A stretch of 64,000 bases of DNA from positions 132,370,001 to 132,434,000 of the forward strand of contig OZ024742.1 of NCBI GenBank assembly GCA_964016885.1, in the 5' to 3' direction. The DNA comes from Eledone cirrhosa. Taxonomy: Eukaryota. The notes under the pieces were generated by a model that had not been told where the DNA came from, did not search any database, and saw nothing but the letters and a program-made list of their open reading frames with translations. A program made the translations under genes and the position numbers. This document shows positions 55,819-64,000 of this stretch, piece after piece; position 1 is the first letter of the stretch, and each line of letters begins with the position of its first letter.

Positions 55819-58634
55819 TTTATTAAAATAACAGATTAAAGTTTAAGCAAAGAATCGCTGCTAAATCCAGCATCGTTGATTTCATTGATGACGCACCGAT
55901 TAGTTTTAGGGTAATCCTTAGTTACAGCATTATGTAGTAGTTGATGGTAAGTACTGCGCTCCACTTGATATAAGTTGCCAGTTTTGTCGGAATGGACGTG
56001 CACGGCGTTAGAATCCTTAATAGAACGAATTCTATTCTTCAGGTCTTGCTGGAAGGAATTGCTCATATTCCGAAATTTGATGCTCCGAATGAGTTCCAAG
56101 ACATCATTTTCGAAGGGTAGCAGTACTGGGTTCCACAATGGTTATTATAGGTTTTAAATCCAAATTTATCCTATTTGTTGTCTACTTTTCGCGGATTATC
56201 GAAATAAAAGGCACGCAAACGCAACATTTTAATGAACGCGTCTGTTTTCAGTATCAGGAGTTTTATGTATGTTTTCCTGCTTGGTACGGATATGTTCTTT
56301 GTAGAAATATTCAGATGCTGTTTCTGCATGATGAATATAAGTCAGTAGAGTGCACAACCGAGGGAGCCAAATAGTAATAATAATAAATTTGAACACTAAA
56401 ATCCCTGGCCTTTTCCTTCTTTTCTCTATCAAGGACGAATTCCCCAACGCGGGCGGTGGTTTGTACCGTGACGATGGTCTTTTGACCATGACTAAGTGCG
56501 GACCTCGTGCTTGCGACAGGTTCAGAAAAGAACTCACAGCCTTCTTTAAAGGCTTCAACCTCTCTATACAGGTTGAGGCCAATCTCTCGGTCGTTAATTA
56601 CCTCGACGTTACCCTCAATTTATTGAATGGGTTGTATTACCCGTATAGAAAGCCCAACGATACGCTTAATTACATAAGTTAGCATTCCAACCATCCTGCC
56701 AGCATAACCAAGAACATGGTAAGAAACGTTTCGTTGAGTCTTTCCCGTCTTTCCACCAACGAGCGTATTTTCAACGACCATTCCACTTATTACAATGAAG
56801 CTCTTGCTCGAAGTGGATTTGTCGTTAAGGTTACATATATAGAGTACGAAAATAGACCTAGAAGAAATAGATCCCATCGCATTTGTTGGTATAACCAAGC
56901 ATATAATATGGAGGTGGCCACACCTTTAGCTAAGATCTTTCTTTCCCTTATTACGAAGCATTTTCCCCCTACACATAAACATAGTAAATTTTTTAATAGA
57001 AATACTATTAAAATGTCTTACTCTAAGACTCGTAACCTTGCACATAACATCACAGCTTCAAATTTAGCTAAACTACCTAGCCGTAGGAACACGTGCAATC
57101 CAGTATTTAGTTCTAACTGTAATTGTAGGAATCGGGCTGATTGCCCCCGATCCGGGATTTGCCTCTCTAGTAAAATTGTCTACAAATGTAAGGTTGTAAC
57201 ACCCACGTCCCGTAGGGTCTACATAGTGATAACCGCCAATAGTTACAAGCAGCGTCTTTACATGCATACCCATTCTTTTCGTTACCCTCTAAGAAGGAAT
57301 ATGACGTCACTTTCAGCTTATATCTGGAGTCTAAAAGACAACCACACCCAATAAAAGTTACACTAGGACATCCTAGCTAGGGCTAGATCGTATAACGGAA
57401 ATAAAAGGCCATGTGACCTCTGCGCCGCTGAGGCCCTGGAAATACTCTACGCCACAGACCACATCTTAAACAACAAATCTGAGGCAATTTCGGCTTGTAA
57501 ACATAAATTTCACAAAACTTTCCTGTATTATAGCCCCACGTTATACCCTAACGGATAGTACGATCTATACGTGGATATGTTACGTCTTGATGTGGGAGCT
57601 AAGTATATGTTTGTTTATTCCTTTACTTATTTGCATAGGTAAGTATATTTTACCCGTATGTTTTGTGAAGGTACGTATACCTTCTCGTACGTATATTTGA
57701 TTGTTATGGCGTATAATTTGATATATTCTGGTACATATGGTTTGGATATGTGTATACGGGAGTTTTGCGTCTGTGTAAGTATGCAGGTTCGTACGTATGG
57801 TGGGTGTGTGTATATGCGTACTTCATGTTTTAGTTGACTTACGTCTCCGAACATTCGTGTATTTATATGTAGGTATGTATGTGCGCTTGTTATATACGTA
57901 TTTATTTATTTATATACGTTTATATAATTATTTATTTATTGTATACACGCATACACACAAACACATATTTATATGTGCGTGGTTTTGTATACCTATGGCG
58001 AGTGTTTTCGCGTATGCTTGTGTATGTACGTATTTGTTTGCGTGTATGTATTTATTTATTTCTATTACTTCTGTATTGTATTTATTTACTTTGTTCTTAA
58101 CTCTGTAGCGGAGATTCATTTGGTCTCCTAGTTACAATTTTAGTCTACGACTTCTGCTATACCATTTACGTGGTTGTGTCTTTGCGTGCTATTGTTCTCC
58201 ACGCTCCACATATGACGTATTATCTTCGTTTTTTCGTTCATTGCCAGAGAACGTCTCTATGCACCACCTAAGAGAACAATAGTCCATGACCTCTTTTATA
58301 CCATAAACGTGGTTCTGTCTTTGCGCGTAATTGTTTTTCACCGCTCCTATTAATGACGTTCTTTCCCGTACTTTGCCAGCGAACATTTCCACGAACCAAA
58401 GTATCGTCTTCCTGTCTTCATCCGGTTGCAACGTTTATTGAAATATCCATTTCTGCGTTTACAGATTGACTTTGTTAGTTTCAGAAGATCCCGTTAAGGG
58501 TGAAAGCAGCGATTCTGTGCTTAAACTTTAATCTGTTATTTTAATAAATATTTTCTCTACGGTTCTTATATATTTGATATATATTTATCCTTATCGAGCC
58601 CTCTTTGGATTTTAGTCTTCAAATTTATTATTAT

Positions 58635-58640
<6 letters not shown>
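55819..58640 (+). mobile_element. Rearranged Hydra-type PLE: inverted N-terminal part (55863-56400, minus) joined to RT core, GIY-YIG, UTR and pseudo-LTR (56402-58640, plus)
   Basis: Minus: MQKQHLNISTKNI...IKFR...HSDKTGNLY. Plus: GGLYRDDGL, NYLDV, CNCRNRADCPRSGIC, VYKC. Pseudo-LTR end inverted at 55819-55862. Confidence 0.9.
58461..58536 (+). ncRNA. Hammerhead-like motif with variant core CAGAAGA
   Basis: agttt-CAGAAGA-tccc/gggt-GAAA-GCA...TGC-TT-aaact, with distal stem I acagattga/ttaatctgt. Confidence 0.65.
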
Positions 58641-58716
<76 letters not shown>

Positions 58717-58754
58717 TTATAAATATATATCTTTATACATATATATATTTATTA

Positions 58755-58788
<34 letters not shown>

Positions 58789-58789
<1 letters not shown>

Positions 58790-60762
58790 TAGCAGAAGTA
58801 CCCGGCGCTACCCGGGTGTAAGTCGACCTTTGGTCTGTTAGAATGTGTGAAAGTTACTTCCCGCGCATCACAGGTTCAAAACTTCGAACTTCAATGAAAA
58901 GAAATAGGTTAGTAGACGCAGGTGTGTAATTTATTAATTGTAGTTACACAGTGTATCGTTGAAATTGTTCTCTGCACGACTGACTGAAGTCAAAATCGCT
59001 TGATATTGAATGTTCAGTTAATTTAAAGCAGGGTGAAAATGTCGATTTTTTTCAGGGTTTTAGTTTTTTATAATTTTTGCGCTCACATGTGCAGTTAAAG
59101 AATTGAAAGGGCCTTTATCTTACCGCGGCATAATGGCGAGTCTTTTGTGACAGTTTTCAAGAATATCGGACGTTCCTGTAAAAAGTTTTCCCATGTGTAA
59201 CTTTGCCTTGTTTTTTTGCGCAACGTCGAGCCCCACTTCAGTTTTATTGATTTTTTACATCAATGCATGATCCCTGGAGTAGATTTGAGTAGCTAAAAAC
59301 CTGTCCCGGTAAATTTGCTATAGGTGAAAAAAAGTTGATCAAAATTGTATCTAGGGTTATTTCCCTTTGCAACAGCCTCAACGTGTCTTCAAGTATGGTT
59401 TGTTAATTTGCTGTGGAACTAAATCTACTTTCGTCAAATCGGACCGAGGAATCAATGTTTCCATTTCTCTTTCTAGTTAGTGTACCCGGACACACACGGG
59501 TATATAAGGCGCTGGATTTAAATAAATGAACAAACGTTTCCTTTTGTGCTCCAATCTGTGATATTGGTATTTAAAAAAAAATAGTCCACAAACATCCATG
59601 GAGCATGTGTAACGCATGTATCAGGTTATGAGAAAAAGGGTTTTCGATTCTCCATACATAAGATACAAAAAAATTGCACGCAAATAAAACGGGATTTTAA
59701 GGCACTGCCCAATTCATAGCTGAAAGGTAAGAATTAAGTGGAATAATGTTTTGCGACATTCTCAAATTAACAACCGTATAAAAGCAAAGGATATAGCCAT
59801 TGAAATCTAGGTAGACCAAATAATTTGATGGTGTTGTATATCACAGGATTGTTTCCCTTGTGATTCGCGTCTACCCTACAAAGTAAAGTTAGGTGATTGT
59901 AGTCGGTGTTGTATTAAAAAATAAAAGCATACAGAAGATTGAACACTTACGAATTAAGTGAAAATCACGTTGATATTCATATCGTAGCAAAATGTGCCGA
60001 AAAACCTGACGGATTGTAGTGTCAATATTGAAATCGTAGAAATTGCGAATCCCGATCTATAAGATATAATGGCTAGGCCTTGGAGGTGAAGGGGAAGAAT
60101 TGGTTTGCTGAACATTTTGACCATTAATTTAAATAGACATGCGGTTTGGTTGTTTATGACCTAGAATAATTATAAATTAAGTAACTTTTTAGAACCTTTT
60201 GTTTAAAAAAGGAAAACATTGGATACGGACGTAACATTTTTTACAACTTTCTATGTGTACAATACAACTTGGTCAACGTATTATTTAGTAATTTTTTTTT
60301 TCAAAAAGCATGATTATTTAATACTGTTTGAAAATTTACTCACAGCTTTTAGCATCACAAAAGACACCATTAAATTGGGTTCCCTTTTCAGATAGGGATA
60401 ATACTGTATTTCCACTTGAATAAGGTGGAATATGAAAAGATAAACTCTTTAATGGTGGGTCATTTACTGAGACAGCTGGCCCTCCAATCAATAACGCACG
60501 TCCTTATATGGGCATATGAAATTTATTTTTATTGCGCCAGATGTAAACTAAGAGTTCTTGTATTCGAATTCACATAAAATGTCATTTTAATCGAAAAACA
60601 ATCTGTCATAGGGCCCGATTATCGATTTTTCGAAAATTTCAAGTAGCCTATTCCACTCTACGCGTTTAGTTTTATATGTGTGAGGTTTCATGAAAATTGG
60701 ATGAACGGTGTAGCATGCAAGTTGGGAATACCAAACAATGCCCATCTTCACTTTATATATAT
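58789..60762 (-). mobile_element. Non-autonomous Helitron-like element
   Basis: The minus-strand 3' end has hairpin acccgg-gtagcg-ccgggt just upstream of CTAG|T. The other end is tttatatata-type and approximate. No ORF. Confidence 0.65.
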
Positions 60763-60771
60763 ATTTATACT

Positions 60772-62080
60772 ATACAGTGTGTCCATAGAATCATTTGATA
60801 ATATATATACACATTTCCTCTCCCAATTAGCATAATCAACCACACAAAAAATCAATTAAACCAGGCTATAAGATTGAAAGGCACATATGAAGAAATAGTA
60901 GATAAATAAACGACACCAATTTATTCGCGATCAACCGCTATAGAATATTTACCCAACATTTCAATGTCAATAGCACGTGGGAATCGATTAAATATACCGT
61001 CAGCCATACACAATTAGGTATACAATTAAAGTTATAATAAAAAATGCATATACACATACCAGGAATACGTTTCTACCCTTAGGGTTTCATTCGCTTTCGG
61101 AAATATCCTATCAAGGATGAAATCTCGAGCTTCGAACTCATTTGGACAAAGAATTTTCTTAAGTGATCCCCGTCAGAAACGAATTCAAAATGGCTAAGAA
61201 CTCTGACGTGCAGTGGTCAAGTCAGAAAGAATGTGATTGGTGGCTTACGGCGAGTGGGCTGATTGCTAGTAAGCGCAGTCCAATATTGCCCAAATTGCAT
61301 CTCAACGTTATGGGAGATTATCAAATATAAAGATTTACATATACACAAACTAGACAAAGTCACAGATATATATGTTTTGGCAACCATTCACGATGTGGCT
61401 CAATGATGAATTAATGAATTAAATAAACAGAGCAATATACTTTAAAGTATGTCCATAGAACCATTTGATAATATATTTGATAATATATATCAAATAATAT
61501 ATCAGATAATATATTTGATGATATATATCAAATAATAATCATTTGATAATATATACGGGGATCACTTAAGAAAATTCTTTGTCCAAATGAGTTTGTTTCC
61601 TGGTGAGTTCGAAGCTCGAGATTTTATCCTTGATAGGATATTTCCGAAAGCGGACGAAACCCTAAGGGTAGAAACGTAATCCTGGTATGTGTATATGCAT
61701 TTTTTCTTCTAACTTTAATTTTATATCTAATTGTGTATGGTTGACGGTATATTTAATCGATTTCCACGTGCTATTGAAATGTTGGGTAAATATTCTATAG
61801 CGGTTGATCGCGAATAAATTGTTATCGTTTATTTATCTACTATTTCTTCATAGGTGCCTTTTAATCTTATAGCCTGGTTTAATTGGTTTTTGTGTGGTTA
61901 ATTATGGTAATTGGGAGAGGAAATGGTGTATATATATTATCAAATGATTCTATGGACATACTTTATAGTATATTGCTCTGATTAATTAATTTATTAATTC
62001 ATCATTGAGCCACATCATGAATGTTTGCCAAAACATATATATCTGTGACTTTGTCTAGTTTCTGTATATGTAACTCTTTA
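60772..62080. mobile_element. ORF-less retrozyme-like element (~670 bp period) with a large inverted duplication
   Basis: gtccatagaa.catttgataatatata at 60781 and 61451. 60780-61174 inverts to 61557-61960, and 61325-61480 to 61930-62080. HHR at 61595-61675: gtttc-CTGGTGA...GAAA-CCCtaaGGG-TA-gaaac. Confidence 0.8.
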
Positions 62081-62097
62081 TATATATATATATATAT

Positions 62098-62432
62098 ATT
62101 ATTCAACATTTTTACAAATGGAAATATTCGCATAATTAAAATATATACTTTATTATATATATTTCAAAGGTACTGTGCTGTTTTTTTCAGTACGTCCTCA
62201 TCAGACAAAATATATGATTTGATATACGACATACCACTACGGTCATGATTATTCTCTTCCCGTATTGTCAGAATTGAATAATCAAGACCGCAGCATTATG
62301 TCATATATCAAATCATATTTTTTGCTGATGAACACGTAGAGAAAAAAACAGCACAGTACCTTTGAAATATTTACAATAAAGGATATATTTTTATTATGCG
62401 AATATTTTGCGTTTGTTAACATTTTGAATAAT
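62098..62432. mobile_element. Inverted pseudo-LTR pair with hammerheads
   Basis: Arms ~62100-62244 and 62286-62430; CTGATGA-ggacgtactg/cagtaccttt-GAAATATATATA. Confidence 0.8.
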
Positions 62433-62436
62433 ATTA

Positions 62437-62532
62437 AAAACTCCAGGAAAACTAACTGTTGATTTCTTCTAACCTATTGTAAAACTGTATTCTTTGAGTA
62501 ATCAACGAACCATATTAATCTTTGGTTATATG

Positions 62533-62576
<44 letters not shown>

Positions 62577-62667
62577 CATATAACCAAAGATTAATATGGT
62601 TCGTTGATTACTCAAAGAATACAGTTTTACAATAGGTTAGAAGAAATCAACAGTTAGTTTTCCTGGA

Positions 62668-62672
<5 letters not shown>
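62437..62672. repeat. Perfect palindrome centred on (TA)n
   Basis: aaaactccaggaaaac...ggttatatgtatg(TA)n catacatataacc...gttttcctggagtttt. Confidence 0.93.
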
Positions 62673-62709
<37 letters not shown>

Positions 62710-62724
62710 TAACATATATATACA

Positions 62725-62950
62725 CAGTTGACATCCAGAGTTGACATTGCACTCAGTGCTCCTTTGGGAGCCCCTACATGGACACACTAGAAGAGGAAGA
62801 CCAAGGTTAACATATGTTGATGCCCTAAGGACAGACACTGGTCTGTTGGAGATGCAGGATATGGCAGCGATAATGAGGGACAGAGACCGCTGGAGAGAAC
62901 TCGTCCATGGATCTCGGGAATTTTACCCGCCTTAGATAGATAGATAGATA
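62725..62950 (+). mobile_element. RTE-like LINE 3' terminal fragment with (taga)n tail
   Basis: LLWEPLHGHTRRGRPRLTYVDALRTDTGL...MRDRDRWR. Confidence 0.85.
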
Positions 62951-62976
62951 CACATATATCTATATCTAAATACACG

Positions 62977-63042
<66 letters not shown>

Positions 63043-63113
63043 TTTATTTATTTCTTTTTTATATTTATACTGTTGTAGAAAAATATACAAGGGAAAAACA
63101 CTCTGTCCATGTA

Positions 63114-63407
<294 letters not shown>

Positions 63408-63423
63408 ATAAATATATATATAT

Positions 63424-64000
63424 AAAAACAAATAACGAAACGAAATTAAATTTCGTTTCGCTTCTAACTCACTTTTGTATGACTGACGCTTAAACAATTA
63501 AGTTAAAGTGTACATCTACATATGTATACGGAAGTATTAGTATGCATATAAATACACACATGTATACATATGTACATGTACTCAGCTTTTCACTAGACAC
63601 TTTACAGTGAGTGTCAGCTAGTCTGTATGTAACCACACAGGCGGACCGGGTTTTAGAGTCATACGAGTTTTCAAGGAAACACATTTCCTCTATTCCCCAG
63701 AGGGCCAGACAGGAATATTGGACTAGTTTCGATGTTATTACATCTCATCAGCAATATTTACCCATCTTCCGGCTTCTCTGGAGAATTGTAAAAGCACATA
63801 TCGTTATATGCTTTTTCTATGAAAATTAGTAGTGGGTAGACTAATTTGCATAGAACGTGAGTCATTGTACGCACCGGTTCAGCGGAAACGAAAAAAACAA
63901 ATAACGAAACGAAATTAAATTTCGTTTCGCTTCTAACTCACTTTTGTATGACTGACGCTTAAACAATTAAGTTAAAGTGTACATCTACATATGTATACGG
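63424..64000 (-). mobile_element. ORF-less tandem retrozyme-like unit, 469 bp period, running off the window
   Basis: aaaacaaataacgaaacgaaatt...catatgtatacgg is identical at 63425 and 63894; HHR at 63714-63758. Confidence 0.82.
63714..63758 (-). ncRNA. Canonical minimal type I hammerhead ribozyme
   Basis: aatattg-CTGATGA-gatgt(aata)acatc-GAAA-CTAG-TC-caatatt; predicted GUC cleavage; palindromic stem III. Confidence 0.92.

Overview
AT-rich eukaryotic intergenic or intronic DNA, probably from Octopus. The organism is inferred from the octopus-type tRNA-SINE and the extreme (TA)n content. No host gene can be confidently called, and the many IYIY/CVCV ORFs are microsatellite read-through. The window is dominated by Penelope-like retroelements (PLEs) inserted in (TA)n tracts. 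These comprise several Hydra-type copies (YRDD RT, CxCx5Cx5C linker, C-terminal GIY-YIG; one with an uninterrupted ORF), three Neptune/Nematis-type fragments, many solo or inverted pseudo-LTRs, and ORF-less 470-670 bp retrozyme-like units. By eye about 15 distinct hammerhead-ribozyme (HHR) motif families are present, some with recurrent core variants (U4A; U3-A8). There are also RTE LINEs, SINEs, a non-autonomous Helitron and a 490-bp tandem array. The most striking observation is a 110-bp inverted repeat (3601-3897) inside a PLE 3' UTR whose 33 mismatches can all be read as A>G changes on the + strand with ADAR neighbour preference. This suggests A-to-I hyperedited RNA written back into the genome by retrotransposition, and may also explain the strand-biased TA/TG mosaic repeats of the Hydra-type UTRs.
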